Shown in pieces: positions 10,626-21,064 of a stretch of 64,000 bases of DNA. Positions within the stretch are counted from its first letter, which is position 1; each line of letters begins with the position of its first letter. The stretch is from Bdellovibrionales bacterium RIFOXYD12_FULL_39_22 (GTDB lineage Bacteria; Bdellovibrionota; Bacteriovoracia; Bacteriovoracales; Bacteriovoracaceae). Location of the stretch: positions 1 through 64,000 of the forward strand of contig MEQL01000007.1 of assembly GCA_001770205.1 (NCBI GenBank). The letters are read 5' to 3'. A program made the translations under genes and the position numbers. Below the pieces are notes generated by a model. That model was not told the DNA's origin. It searched no databases and worked only from the letters and a program-made list of their open reading frames with translations.

Positions 10626-11144
10626 TCACTCCTTCCGAATTAGTTGCAAGGTCTTTTTATGAGATATTTTAAAAACATGGCCATCAGAGATAATTTCTTG
10701 CTTAAAAGACTCTTTTTGCAGAGCAATTTTCTGTTTATCATGGGCAAATGAAAGATAGATTTTTTCTCCAGCTCGGAGATCAGTTGCCCAGAGTTTAAAC
10801 TGATCAAGATGAGCAATGCCCAGCAAAGATCCCAATTTTTCTTTTGTAATATCACGTAGAGCAAAAAATATAAAATGTTCATCCCAAAAACTATTCAATT
10901 GAAACTCTTCCGGTGTGTTTTGTGGGAGATAGTGGGCAATGGCGAAGAGGTTTATCGAAAGTAATCCTTCACTATATATTTGCGTGGTTTTAAGATTATA
11001 TTTAATTTCATCTTGTGTAATGGTGTTTTTAAAAGGGTGATTTATGTCTGCTTGAACTAGCAGTGTTACGCCTAAGATTACAGAACTAAAAACAGCGGTG
11101 GTAATTCCAAAAAAGGTGGTGAGAAAGGCAGAAAAAGTTGTCAT
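10626..11144 (-). CDS. exported protein, chalcone-isomerase-like fold (tentative)
   Basis: Hydrophobic N-terminus; INLFAIAHYL, ALRDITKEK and WATDLRAGEKIYLSF resemble the bacterial chalcone-isomerase-like family. Start moved to 11144 to avoid rnpB. Confidence 0.5.
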   Translation of the reverse strand: MTTFSAFLTTFFGITTAVFSSVILGVTLLVQADINHPFKNTITQDEIKYNLKTTQIYSEGLLSINLFAIAHYLPQNTPEEFQLNSFWDEHFIFFALRDITKEKLGSLLGIAHLDQFKLWATDLRAGEKIYLSFAHDKQKIALQKESFKQEIISDGHVFKISHKKTLQLIRKE

Positions 11145-11169
11145 GATTATATTAAGGTAACAAAAAAAA

Positions 11170-11471
11170 CCGAGAAAGTCTGTAGGCCGGATTCTGTATT
11201 TGGGCGTCATTCATCTAGGGCCTACATTGCTGCAGGCCTCGAGCACTCTACCCGTCTACTCGGACTGGCCGTCCTTAGCGTAGACCTATTTGAGCTTGCA
11301 CCACATAGAGTTTACCTGATTTCACTACAGCGGCCTTTGCAGGCCCGTACATACTTTCTGTTGCACTTGTCCTCACCTCACGGTGGACGGGCGTTACCCG
11401 CTATGTTGCCATATGGTGTCCGGACCTTCCTCCCGAATCTTGCGATTCCAGCGACGTCCTGGCCTTCTCGG
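11170..11471 (-). ncRNA. rnpB: RNase P RNA (type A-like, compact, about 302 nt)
   Basis: Minus strand has GAGGAAGGTCCGG, AGTGCAACAGAAA, GTGAAA, GGTAAACTC, AGATGAATGA and ACAGAATCCGGCCTA; P1 pairing CCGAGAAGG / CTTTCTCGG; downstream of a zinc-ribbon gene. Confidence 0.97.
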
Positions 11472-11517
11472 TTTAAGAGATTAATGCAATAAATTTATAA
11501 GCAAGTCAAGGGGGCCT

Positions 11518-12234
11518 TTATTTTAGCGCCGCACTTGGACATAAAATTCTTGAACAATTGGGACATTGCTCAATTGTTGCGCCTTTTTCAACAATCGATT
11601 GTAAATTTCTTTCGACGTTGAAATGGCATTGAGAACAGACATTACGGCCCACGATGGATAAGGGATATTTATATTTAAATCTGATGTTGAGATCGCGAAA
11701 AAGTGATTTTGTCTTAGGATCTAATAAATTTTCCAGGTTGGTTAAGCGAGAGCTTAAGATGGAAATTTCTTTTTCTTCATGGGCCACTGCCAACTTAACC
11801 TCTTCTTCTATCTCGGTGATTGATTGTTGAACGCCATCCAGAAATTGATTGGTTTCAGCTATTTTTTTTTGCAGGCCATCGATTGCCTCAATAGTCACTA
11901 ATATAATTCCTTCAATTTCTTCTTTTTTCTTTCCTAAATTTTTTAATTCGTTGTTGAGGGCATTGGCCTGGGCCTGAGATTTTATTAAATCTAAATTATG
12001 CTTGGCGCGACTAATTTTAGCATCAATAGTTGCTAATTCTTTTTCAAGGGCAAGATTGGAGGCCTTTTTTGATTCTATGGCCGCCATGTCACTGTTTTGC
12101 TGTTTTTTTCTATTATCAGCGTCGCTACGGATGCGAGTGATTCTTGTCGTTTGCTGCTCAATAGCATCGAGATGTTTTTTTATGTGCAAATCAATACTTT
12201 GAATTTCTAGTAAGTTTCGGATGGTCTCAATCAT
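11518..12234 (-). CDS. coiled-coil protein with C4 zinc ribbon (CT398/HP0958, DUF164 family)
   Basis: Long coiled coil, then CSQC...CPNCSRIL. Confidence 0.88.
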   Translation of the reverse strand: MIETIRNLLEIQSIDLHIKKHLDAIEQQTTRITRIRSDADNRKKQQNSDMAAIESKKASNLALEKELATIDAKISRAKHNLDLIKSQAQANALNNELKNLGKKKEEIEGIILVTIEAIDGLQKKIAETNQFLDGVQQSITEIEEEVKLAVAHEEKEISILSSRLTNLENLLDPKTKSLFRDLNIRFKYKYPLSIVGRNVCSQCHFNVERNLQSIVEKGATIEQCPNCSRILCPSAALK

Positions 12235-12347
12235 TAAAATACTCCAGGTATAAGATAAAAAATGATGCGTAATGAAACTTTACATTACACTACAATGGAA
12301 TAAAATAGTATTGGATTATTAATTATCTACTCAACCGGTGGTATTGA

Positions 12348-13301
12348 TTGAGAGGAAACAGCTTTGGTAAGCTATTTAGTTTGACTTCTTTTGGAGAGTC
12401 CCATGGCCCGGCCATCGGAGTGATAGTTGACGGAGTTCCTTCCAGTCTTAATGTTTCGCTTCGGGATTTAAACAAAGTACTAAGCAGGCGAGCGCCTGGA
12501 AAAATGGCCGGAACCTCTACGCGTCAAGAAGAAGATTTGCCGGAAATACTATCTGGCGTCTATAAAAATAAAACGCTAGGAACTCCTATTGCAGTGATTG
12601 TCCGCAATACTAATCAGCGCAGCGGCGATTATCGCTGGGCCGAGCGGGAATTTAGAGTAGGCCATGCAGATAAAACAACCCTGGATAAATATGGAATACG
12701 TGATCCTCGAGGTGGTGGACGAAGCAGCGGAAGAGAAACCATTGCGCGAGTAATCGCAGGATATTTTGCGTCACTGATCATTCCGCAAATTGAAGTAGCG
12801 GCCTATCTTGTAAAGGTGGGGGCCTTGTCTGGGGAAGATCTTTTGCACAAGAAAAGAGTTGAAAACTATTTGCAGGGTTTACAAAAAAGAGGGGAATCAG
12901 TTGGCGGAGTGGTGGCCGTAAAGATTAAAAATGTTCCGGCCGGACTGGGTGAACCGGCCTTTGATAAGTTGAAGGCCGATTTAGGGAAGGCCTTCCTTTC
13001 TATTGGCGGATGTGTGGCCTTTTCATTTGGTATGGGAGAGAGTTTGGCGAATTCTTATGGCAGTGAGAATGCACAAGATAGATCTAGGTTTGGTGGTATT
13101 GAGGGGGGAATCTCTAACGGAGAGGATATCTATTTGGAAGCAAGTTTTAAGCCGCCATCAACCGTTGGAAAAAAGGCCCAGCAAGGACGCCATGATCCCT
13201 CAATTGTGATGCGAGCGATTCCTGTAATTGAGAGTATGGCCAAAATAGTTTTGGCCGATCACTTTTTGAGACAGCAGGCCTATGTTAAAGAAAGAAAATA
13301 A
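12348..13301 (+). CDS. aroC: chorismate synthase
   Basis: FGESHGPAIG, GHAD, RGGGRSSGRET, GGISNG, GRHDP. Confidence 0.95.
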   Translation: MRGNSFGKLFSLTSFGESHGPAIGVIVDGVPSSLNVSLRDLNKVLSRRAPGKMAGTSTRQEEDLPEILSGVYKNKTLGTPIAVIVRNTNQRSGDYRWAEREFRVGHADKTTLDKYGIRDPRGGGRSSGRETIARVIAGYFASLIIPQIEVAAYLVKVGALSGEDLLHKKRVENYLQGLQKRGESVGGVVAVKIKNVPAGLGEPAFDKLKADLGKAFLSIGGCVAFSFGMGESLANSYGSENAQDRSRFGGIEGGISNGEDIYLEASFKPPSTVGKKAQQGRHDPSIVMRAIPVIESMAKIVLADHFLRQQAYVKERK

Positions 13302-14328
13302 AGGCCAATATTTGAAGATGAGTTTGGCCGCTATTGGGAAGGATTTAGCTTCATTTGATAGCGAAGTATTAATTTTTATCATTGATGAGAAAGTTAAGTC
13401 ATTATATCAAGAAGATTTGAATAAGAAGGTTTTTGCCAAGCTTCGCAAAAAGAAAATTGTTATTTTTATCTGTAAACAAGGGGAAGAGGCCAAAAGTTTT
13501 GCGGAATATGAAAGGGCCTGCGAATACATTTTGTCACAGGGAATTCATCGCCATGCACATTTGGTAGCAATAGGTGGTGGTGCTACTTCTGATTTTGCGG
13601 GATTTGTGGCCGCGACACTTTTGCGTGGAATTTCTTGGAGTATTATTCCAACTACGCTACTGGCCATGGTAGATGCTTCAATAGGAGGGAAAACGGCCCT
13701 TAACTCCAGGAGTGGAAAAAATCTATTGGGAAGATATCACTTCCCTAGACAAATATATGTCGATACTAATTTTCTTAAAACGTTAACCAAATCTGATCTA
13801 GATTCTGGATACGGTGAGATAATTAAATATGCTATGTTATCAAGAAAAATTTTCGATTTTATCATTTCAAAAAGTGGAAAAAATAGATTTAATGAATTAA
13901 TTACGTTGTGTGCCCAGCATAAACTGAAGGTAGTAGAAAAAGATCCCCTGGAGATCAGTTTGCGGAAAAGTCTAAATTTGGGCCATACTATTGGCCATGC
14001 GTTAGAAAAGGCAATGAAGCTTTCTCATGGCGAAGCAGTTTTTTGGGGAATGGTGGCGATAGATAAGCTTTTTCAAAATCAAGTAATGACGGATACATTA
14101 TTATTGTTGGCAAAAGATCTCGGTACTGACTGGGCAATATCACCCTGGGAGAGAGCAGATTTTGATTTATCGGCCCTCTTGTTGCTTATAGATAAAGATA
14201 AAAAACGCCAAGGGGAGGAGAGTATTGATTATATCTCTTTTAAGACGATAGGACAGATGCGAGTTTGCTCTATTGGATTACAAAAATTTGTTAAAAAACT
14301 TTATGTTTTACAAGGCAGTGAGCGATAG
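13282..14328 (+). CDS. aroB: 3-dehydroquinate synthase
   Basis: GGGATSDFAGF, PTTLLAMVDASIGGKT, LNLGHTIGHALE, HGEAV. Confidence 0.95.
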   Translation: MLKKENKGQYLKMSLAAIGKDLASFDSEVLIFIIDEKVKSLYQEDLNKKVFAKLRKKKIVIFICKQGEEAKSFAEYERACEYILSQGIHRHAHLVAIGGGATSDFAGFVAATLLRGISWSIIPTTLLAMVDASIGGKTALNSRSGKNLLGRYHFPRQIYVDTNFLKTLTKSDLDSGYGEIIKYAMLSRKIFDFIISKSGKNRFNELITLCAQHKLKVVEKDPLEISLRKSLNLGHTIGHALEKAMKLSHGEAVFWGMVAIDKLFQNQVMTDTLLLLAKDLGTDWAISPWERADFDLSALLLLIDKDKKRQGEESIDYISFKTIGQMRVCSIGLQKFVKKLYVLQGSER

Positions 14329-14345
14329 ATAGGTAGTTAGATATA

Positions 14346-15593
14346 ATGAGTGGCCTAGAGTTTATAGAAATAAGTTGCACTAAAAGACCAACAAGAATAG
14401 TCGTTCCAACTTCAAAGTCATATGCGAATCGACTTTTAATTTTAGCGGCCACTGATCCTCGTGAAATTCATTTAAAAAACTTACCACCTTCCTCTGATGT
14501 TACGGCCATGATTAGATGTTTGCAGCAGGTGGGTGTTATAATTGAGAGGTATGAAGGAAATAGTGTAATCGTAAAAAATTGTTTTCCTGAATGCGAAGTA
14601 CAAAATAATCAGATAACGGAATTGCTAACAGGAGATGGTGGAACCACCAACCGTTTCTTATTGGCGTTCTTGGCCAGAGGAAAGTGTCGATATCGTTTAC
14701 TAACTGATGGGCGAATGGGCCAGCGGCCATTTGGTGAACAGGTAGATGTATTGCGTCGATTAGGTGTTGAGGTAGAGATTGGCCACTTACGTGGACAGTT
14801 TTATTTTGAAGTTCAGGGGCCCTATAATTTTTTTGATACCTCTGTCTGTGTGCGCAGTAGTAAATCTACTCAGTTTGCATCCGCAATAATGTTGGCACTG
14901 CATGATTTACTTTTGTCAAGGAAATCATCGGTGATTCCCATTGAAGTTAATAGTTCTGAAAAATATTTAAAGTTAACCTCTCATTTAATTTCTAATTTTA
15001 ATAATGCTTCTACCTTTGATATTGTTCCCGATTTTAGTAGTGTGGCATTTTTTGTTGCACTAGGGGCAGTGTTAGGAGATTTGCTTATTATCAATTGTAG
15101 CCAGAGCGATCCTTTTCAGGCCGATGCATACATTCTAGAGGTTTTGAAAATGATGGGTGGCGTTTATTCTTTTTCCCAAGAAGGCCTGTGGATCAGTAGA
15201 AGAGAACTTTGGGCGTATGATTTTGACTGCGCTCTTGCGCCAGACATGGCCCCAGCATTTTGTTTTTTGGCCGCCTATGCCAAAGGAAATAGTCGGTTGA
15301 AAAATGTTACAGTTTTACAACATAAAGAGAGTGATCGCTTAGCAGAGATGCAAAAGATATTAAGTTTATTTGAAATTAAATTTACCTATAATGAAAAAGA
15401 GTGCTTTCTTGAAGTTGAGGGGCAATCGGAGAAAACGATCAGGCCAGCGATCACCTATGAAGCAATCGCTGATCATCGCATGATTATGCTGGCCGCCATT
15501 TTTATGAAAAAAAACAGTGGTGGAAAAATCGTTGGGCATCATCATGTAAAAAAATCCTTTGTGGATTTTTTTGTGCAATTAGAAAATAATTAG
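14346..15593 (+). CDS. aroA: 3-phosphoshikimate 1-carboxyvinyltransferase
   Basis: PTSKSYANR, GDGGTTNRF, STQFAS, KESDRL, DHRM. Confidence 0.92.
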   Translation: MSGLEFIEISCTKRPTRIVVPTSKSYANRLLILAATDPREIHLKNLPPSSDVTAMIRCLQQVGVIIERYEGNSVIVKNCFPECEVQNNQITELLTGDGGTTNRFLLAFLARGKCRYRLLTDGRMGQRPFGEQVDVLRRLGVEVEIGHLRGQFYFEVQGPYNFFDTSVCVRSSKSTQFASAIMLALHDLLLSRKSSVIPIEVNSSEKYLKLTSHLISNFNNASTFDIVPDFSSVAFFVALGAVLGDLLIINCSQSDPFQADAYILEVLKMMGGVYSFSQEGLWISRRELWAYDFDCALAPDMAPAFCFLAAYAKGNSRLKNVTVLQHKESDRLAEMQKILSLFEIKFTYNEKECFLEVEGQSEKTIRPAITYEAIADHRMIMLAAIFMKKNSGGKIVGHHHVKKSFVDFFVQLENN

Positions 15594-16864
15594 CGGGCCA
15601 AGTTGGCGGTAGTTAGGGCCGCACCGTTGTCTAGAATTCTAGGAGTGATAAAGATAACCATCTCAGAATTCTTATCACGATCAATTTCACTCTTAAAAAG
15701 CCATCCGAAAAAGGGTATTTCGCTAAGCCCGGGAGTTCCCGTTTTCGTTTTGCTAAGCGAACTTTTTATTAGTCCAGCCATGGTGGCGGTGTCTCCGCTG
15801 TTAACAATGATGGTGGTGTTGGCAGAATTTTCAATTATCCCGGGAATTCCATCAACAGAAGAGCCTTCATCGGGTTCGCTGTTGCTGACGGATATTTTTA
15901 GCTTTATCTCGCGATCTCCTACTTTTGTAGGTGTTACTTCAAGTGATAGTCCCGCGTTGATAGAAGTTACTTCTCCGGCCGTGGGTTGGCCTTGCACCAC
16001 TGCGCCATTGGTTTTTACGTGGTAGGTTATTCCACTTAAAATAGTTGCCGAGACATTATTTAAAGTAACAACTTTGGGGCGAGAGATTACGCGGGCATCA
16101 CCCCTTTGTTCGGCCGCATCCAATCTCATTTGCAAAACATTGCTGGCCACATGTCCTAGCTTGATTCCCAGTGATGCGTTGGGGACAGAAGCAAAATGAG
16201 AGTTAGCAATTCCCGCAACGGTGTTGCCATTTAATCCGGCAGAAGGATTGTCTAAATTGCCAAAAGATATTCCTAATTCTCTTGATTTATTTTTGGTTAT
16301 TTCAACAATTTGTGCTTCGATCAAAATTTGCGGGGGGATTTTGTCAACACTGGCTACATACGCCTTAATCATAGAGATAGTTTTTACTGAGGAAAAAATG
16401 CCAATGGAGTTGGTAACTTCATCAACAATCACCTGTTCTCCCGGTTTTAGAAGAGCAGATATTCGAGGTGGGACATCTTTAGCATTGAGATACTTCAAGT
16501 TTAGATAGTTGAATTTATTTCCTCCGACTACTCCGACAATGTCACTAGGTGTTTCTCCTGTAGATTGCTGATTTTTTCTAACGCTTAAAACATCGCCAAC
16601 AACTTCGTAGGAAAGGGCGTGATCTTTGGCCACAATATCCATAGCACGCTTGGCAGTTATTTTTCCAAAACTATAAGAGATGTTGCCGGCAATATCGGGA
16701 TCTGCTTCCAATCGAAGTCCAGATTGGCGAGCGATCAGTTCTAAAAAGTTTTTGGTTTCAGTGTCGCTTATATTTAGGACAACATTTTTATTAAAAAATT
16801 GATCTTGGGCGGAAGTCGCAACTGTTATCAGGAACAAAAAGAGAAATGGCCATAAGATTTTCAT
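15590..16864 (-). CDS. secretin (PilQ/GspD/MshL family)
   Basis: Signal peptide, QILIEAQIVE, SRPKVVTLNN, GLSEIPFFGWLFKS, EMVIFITPRI. Confidence 0.92.
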   Translation of the reverse strand: MKILWPFLFLFLITVATSAQDQFFNKNVVLNISDTETKNFLELIARQSGLRLEADPDIAGNISYSFGKITAKRAMDIVAKDHALSYEVVGDVLSVRKNQQSTGETPSDIVGVVGGNKFNYLNLKYLNAKDVPPRISALLKPGEQVIVDEVTNSIGIFSSVKTISMIKAYVASVDKIPPQILIEAQIVEITKNKSRELGISFGNLDNPSAGLNGNTVAGIANSHFASVPNASLGIKLGHVASNVLQMRLDAAEQRGDARVISRPKVVTLNNVSATILSGITYHVKTNGAVVQGQPTAGEVTSINAGLSLEVTPTKVGDREIKLKISVSNSEPDEGSSVDGIPGIIENSANTTIIVNSGDTATMAGLIKSSLSKTKTGTPGLSEIPFFGWLFKSEIDRDKNSEMVIFITPRILDNGAALTTANLAR

Positions 16865-16873
16865 ATTAACTTC

Positions 16874-17233
16874 CTATTGTTTTTTATTAATACTCAACTC
16901 AATTATTGAGCTATCCTTCTTTAATAAAATATAATCACTACCAATTTCTATAACTTCGCGCTGGCCAACCATGGAGTTTAGGCCAACAGTGCTGCCATTT
17001 ACAATTGCTAACGGAGCTTCGGGGTCGTACATAATGGCCGAGAGCGTCGGTAGTTCTTCTGTGGCGGCGGGGGCGCGACGAACGCCTGCTGATTTTATGA
17101 AAGCATCGTGGCCCCAGGCCAACTCGATTTCTTTATCGATGATAGGAAAATAGTTATCCGATATCATTTGCAACGGTGCTTCCGCACAAATTGCTATCGA
17201 TGAAAAAAACAGAAGAAAAAAATAAGTTCTCAT
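16874..17233 (-). CDS. MshK/PilP-like accessory protein
   Basis: LSAIMYDPEAPLAIVNG..VG...V...EVIEIG; directly upstream of the secretin. Confidence 0.65.
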   Translation of the reverse strand: MRTYFFLLFFSSIAICAEAPLQMISDNYFPIIDKEIELAWGHDAFIKSAGVRRAPAATEELPTLSAIMYDPEAPLAIVNGSTVGLNSMVGQREVIEIGSDYILLKKDSSIIELSINKKQ

Positions 17234-17808
17234 GGTTTATTTCCTGTCATTTCAAAAGTGTTCAACAAGACAATTGCTTCGCATTCCTTTAGTTCATTTT
17301 CAAAGCGAGTAATGTTGACGGAAGTAATTGCTAGCCACTCTGCACTTTGTTCTAAATTTTCTAGAAATTTTGCTAATTCTAGAAAAGAAGATTTAATTTC
17401 AATACTAAAGGTATTTTTGACAACCCCCTCATTAATTTCATTGGAAATGAGAGCAATGGTATTTAGTTGAATTGATTTTTCGGCAGATGTTTCCGCAATT
17501 TTTTTTACCAAAATGGCAAGATTATTAGTTGGCCAAAAATCTTCACTATCTTGATTTTTCTTTTTGTTGGAGGTTTGGGTAAAATTTGTTTTTGTTTGCA
17601 TCTGCAAATTAAGTGTGGCCAGCGTAGATTGGTTGGAACTGTTTTGAGTCTCAAGTTCACTGATGCTTTTTTTAAGATTTTCAATGTTGGTAATTTGCAG
17701 TCGATACCACATTGTGTAAAAAACAGTGATAATAAGAATGATACTCGCGATCATCATTTTTCGTTCTCTGGCGGATAGTTGAATGAGTAAAATATTTTCT
17801 TTGGCCAT
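17230..17808 (-). CDS. PilO/MshJ/GspM-like inner-membrane platform protein
   Basis: LSARERK, one TM, coiled coil, SSFLELAKFLENLE. Confidence 0.75.
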   Translation of the reverse strand: MAKENILLIQLSARERKMMIASIILIITVFYTMWYRLQITNIENLKKSISELETQNSSNQSTLATLNLQMQTKTNFTQTSNKKKNQDSEDFWPTNNLAILVKKIAETSAEKSIQLNTIALISNEINEGVVKNTFSIEIKSSFLELAKFLENLEQSAEWLAITSVNITRFENELKECEAIVLLNTFEMTGNKP

Positions 17809-17813
17809 ATACT

Positions 17814-18395
17814 CTATTGTTGTTTCACCTGGTTGTTATTTATAAGTCCGGAAGTGGCAAACTCAAATTCAACAAGATCGGAACTACCATCTTGCGCCAT
17901 GCCGGAATATTTTATAAGCATTTTATTGTAATAGTTGGACTTAGTAATTCTTTCAAAAAAAGTAGAAACTTTAACTTGGTTGGCAGATGTTCCCTTAAGA
18001 AAAAGTCCAATGTCACTATTTTCGGCCTTAAATAGAAGCCGGTCGATCCATATCGCGCTGGGAATGATTAGCGATAGTTCTTTAAAATAGTTGGCCCAAG
18101 TAACTTTTTGCGCATTGAGATCCTTTAAGCTTTTTGCCATTTTAACCTGCGCTTCAATGGCCGCCATTTGGGTGTTGATATTTTGGATTTCTTGCGCTCG
18201 TTGTTGATTTAGCGAAGTAACTAACCTTAGTTTTCTTTCCAAGCTCATTTTATGCATTTGCTGATTAATGCCAATATAGGAGACTGCTAAAAAAGTAATG
18301 ATTAGTGCGGTCAAAGTAATAAAATCTTGCGAAACTTGCTGCAAGGCAGATTTGGCTGGAAGGAGATTAATATTTTCTTTTATCATACTGCTCAT
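17814..18395 (-). CDS. PilN-like protein
   Basis: INLLP motif, TM, coiled coil, W..YFKELS.IIPSAIWID. Confidence 0.8.
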   Translation of the reverse strand: MSSMIKENINLLPAKSALQQVSQDFITLTALIITFLAVSYIGINQQMHKMSLERKLRLVTSLNQQRAQEIQNINTQMAAIEAQVKMAKSLKDLNAQKVTWANYFKELSLIIPSAIWIDRLLFKAENSDIGLFLKGTSANQVKVSTFFERITKSNYYNKMLIKYSGMAQDGSSDLVEFEFATSGLINNNQVKQQ

Positions 18396-19453
18396 GTTAC
18401 ACCTCGTAATGCCAGGCCTACTGAGGTTGCCATAGAGTTTATGTTATTGAAGATAAAATTTTTATTGTCGCTATCTTCGGCCAGTTCAATATTTTTAAAG
18501 GGGTTGGGAACGAGGCATTTAATTTTATAATGTTCTTCAAATAGCTCACAAAGGCCCTGGCCTTTGCTGCCGCCACCGGTAAAGAAGAATGCCTCCACCG
18601 GCCATTTTTTGAAGTGAAACTCACTAAGATAATCTATATTTTCTTGGATTTTACTCAGAATTTCATCGAAATCTTCTTTGGCCATTTGATGGCCTATGGG
18701 CGAGGAAGTGCGGAAAGGATTATTGTCCTTGCTCGATAGATCTTTCTTGAATGATTCTGCTTCTCCATAATTTATGGATAGTGATTTGATTAAGTTGTGA
18801 CTTATTAATCCCATTGATTGCTTAATTACAGTAAGAGAAATTACTTGTTTTCCTAGCAAAAGCGCAACCGTTGTATGAGTCTCTCCCATATCGACTAAAA
18901 TATGACAATGTCCCTCTTTGAGATATCCATTGAATGAAAGCATTCTAGCAATGGCCTCAATGTCTGCATCTAGGATGTAAGGTTTTAAATTAGCAGAATA
19001 CAAGAGGGCCGTATTAGCATTTACTTTGCTTAGTTTTGTAGTGAATACTTTGATGTTATACATCTTCTCTTTGCTTGATTCATCTAAAGAAGCAGTGTAA
19101 TCAAAACTGCATTTTTCAATAGCGTAATTTATGTGCTTGGCCACTTCGTTGCGTATTATGGCAGATAAGTCTTTCTTTGGCATTGCAGGCAATTTTAAGT
19201 CAAAGCTATTTATATTATAATTGCCGATATTGAAGATAACGTCATATTTATTGAGGCCATGAATTTCCGATAGGGCCTTGAGACCTAAAGCAGTGTCGGC
19301 ATTATTAGGGAAGTTGGGATTAGACTCTGCGTAATCAAAGATAAAAGCATTATCTAGAAAAACTCTTTTTTTTCTCTTATGTAGTAAAACGCCTTTGATA
19401 GAGCGCTGTCCTAAGTCCAACCCGAGAGTATTTTTTTTTATCATGTTAAACAT
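18392..19453 (-). CDS. pilM: PilM-like actin-fold protein
   Basis: GLDLGQRSIK, LVDMGETHT, FTGGGS, NPF, ATSVGLALRG. Confidence 0.85.
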   Translation of the reverse strand: MFNMIKKNTLGLDLGQRSIKGVLLHKRKKRVFLDNAFIFDYAESNPNFPNNADTALGLKALSEIHGLNKYDVIFNIGNYNINSFDLKLPAMPKKDLSAIIRNEVAKHINYAIEKCSFDYTASLDESSKEKMYNIKVFTTKLSKVNANTALLYSANLKPYILDADIEAIARMLSFNGYLKEGHCHILVDMGETHTTVALLLGKQVISLTVIKQSMGLISHNLIKSLSINYGEAESFKKDLSSKDNNPFRTSSPIGHQMAKEDFDEILSKIQENIDYLSEFHFKKWPVEAFFFTGGGSKGQGLCELFEEHYKIKCLVPNPFKNIELAEDSDNKNFIFNNINSMATSVGLALRGVT

Positions 19454-19454
19454 T

Positions 19455-20192
19455 TTACTTTACTGCTCCTGCACTATACAAAAGCAAGGGATACATTTTT
19501 ATAATTCGTTGCTTCAATAATTTAATTATTTCTGGTGAAGCATCGCGCGCTTTTATATAGCGTCGGTAAAAATCATAGGATAAATCCCATTCCTTTTGCT
19601 TTTCGTAAGCAAAACCTAAATTTAACATTGCATCAGAGTAGTCAGGATTAATGCGAATGGCCGCAAGAAAATCTACAATTGCCAAATCTAATTTTTCTTG
19701 CGCGAGATAAACTGTTCCCCGATTATTAAAGAGCGTGGCATCGTTGGAATGTTTTTTTAGGGCCAGGTCAATGAGCGGAAGTGCCTTGTTGAAATCATTG
19801 TTGTGACGATAAATCACGGCCATATTATTTAATATTTCTTTTGGGGTTTTTTCTAAATCACTATTAACAAGTGGAGTTATTTTTTGTAAGGCCAGTTGGT
19901 AATTTTTTTGGCGAAAGGCCAAGATGGCCTCGTTGTTGGACTGATTAAAATTTAATTCCACTTTTGGTTCCAGTGTCGTTTGCAAAGTGGCACGTTTTTG
20001 ATACCAACGATACCCACCCCAAGTGGAAACTGCGGCCATAAAAAAAAGGGCGATGGCCAAGGTGGATGGAAATTTTTTGTGAGTTGTTGTTGGCCGATGT
20101 ATTTGTGGCGGAACAAGCGAAAGATGTGCCTTTTTGATAGCATCTATCTTTTTTTCTTCGACACCTTCTAATTTTTTAATAATCTCGCTCAT
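19455..20192 (-). CDS. TM-anchored TPR protein (MshN-like)
   Basis: One TM followed by several TPR repeats (NNRGTVY, NLGFAY). Confidence 0.75.
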   Translation of the reverse strand: MSEIIKKLEGVEEKKIDAIKKAHLSLVPPQIHRPTTTHKKFPSTLAIALFFMAAVSTWGGYRWYQKRATLQTTLEPKVELNFNQSNNEAILAFRQKNYQLALQKITPLVNSDLEKTPKEILNNMAVIYRHNNDFNKALPLIDLALKKHSNDATLFNNRGTVYLAQEKLDLAIVDFLAAIRINPDYSDAMLNLGFAYEKQKEWDLSYDFYRRYIKARDASPEIIKLLKQRIIKMYPLLLYSAGAVK

Positions 20193-21019
20193 CGTAATCC
20201 TATAAAAAATCTGGACTTGGGTATAGGGGCCAGATTGGTATCCTTTAGAGCTATTTTTACAATTTTATCAGTAATAATCCGTGTCTGTTCTTTTACTCCG
20301 CAAAGCAAGGCCGTTTTACAAATTAAATTAATTAAGCGTGGTATTCCTCGAGAGTAGTTGTAAATCATTTTAGTGGCCTTATAGTCAAAACGAACAAAAT
20401 TGCTTCCTCGGGCCAATTCGATCCTATGTTTGATGTACATTTCCACTTCATGAAATGGTAGAGGAGATAATGTTAGATTTTTTGAAATGCGCTGATTTAC
20501 CTGACGCATATCTGGCCGAGCTAAAATAGTGGTTAGTTCAGGTTGGCCAAGTAGAATAATTTGAATTAGCTTTTTTGTTTCACATTCCAAATTACTGATC
20601 TGTCTAATGGTTTCTAATGATTTTAGGGATAGAGATTGGGCCTCATCAATGAAAAGAATGGTCTGTCTATTTTCCGCGGCATTGGCCAGCAAAAATCGCT
20701 CCAGCATATTAAACTCATCATCGCTTGATGGAATATTAAGTTCTCGATTTATTGCGGCAATAAGTTCTTTGCCTTCCAGATTGGGCCAGTAAAGAAAGGC
20801 GGTGTTAACATCACTTTTGAACTGTTTGATTATATATCTGGCCAACATGCTTTTACCGGTGCCAACTTCTCCGGTAATACTGATAAAGCCTCGGCCTTGC
20901 TCTAGTAGTTCCGTTAGTTGGGCCAAGGTGTTTTGGTGAGTGTTGGATGAGAAATAAAAGTAGGTATTCGGTGTTTCCGAAAATGGGTCAGTTGAAAAAT
21001 TATAAAATTTACTCAGCAT
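20189..21019 (-). CDS. ExeA/MshM-family AAA ATPase
   Basis: PFSETP, GEVGTGKS, LFIDEAQ, GQPEL, SRGIPRLIN; likely start MLSKFY at 21019. Confidence 0.9.
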   Translation of the reverse strand: MLSKFYNFSTDPFSETPNTYFYFSSNTHQNTLAQLTELLEQGRGFISITGEVGTGKSMLARYIIKQFKSDVNTAFLYWPNLEGKELIAAINRELNIPSSDDEFNMLERFLLANAAENRQTILFIDEAQSLSLKSLETIRQISNLECETKKLIQIILLGQPELTTILARPDMRQVNQRISKNLTLSPLPFHEVEMYIKHRIELARGSNFVRFDYKATKMIYNYSRGIPRLINLICKTALLCGVKEQTRIITDKIVKIALKDTNLAPIPKSRFFIGLR

Positions 21020-21064
21020 CTTAACTTCCTTGTTGGCCAGAACTTGGCCTAATTCGCTAGCTAT

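Noticed and set aside
11145..11210. N-terminal extension of ORF 10626-11210
   Set aside because: It overlaps the 3' end of rnpB; the start at 11144 is preferred.
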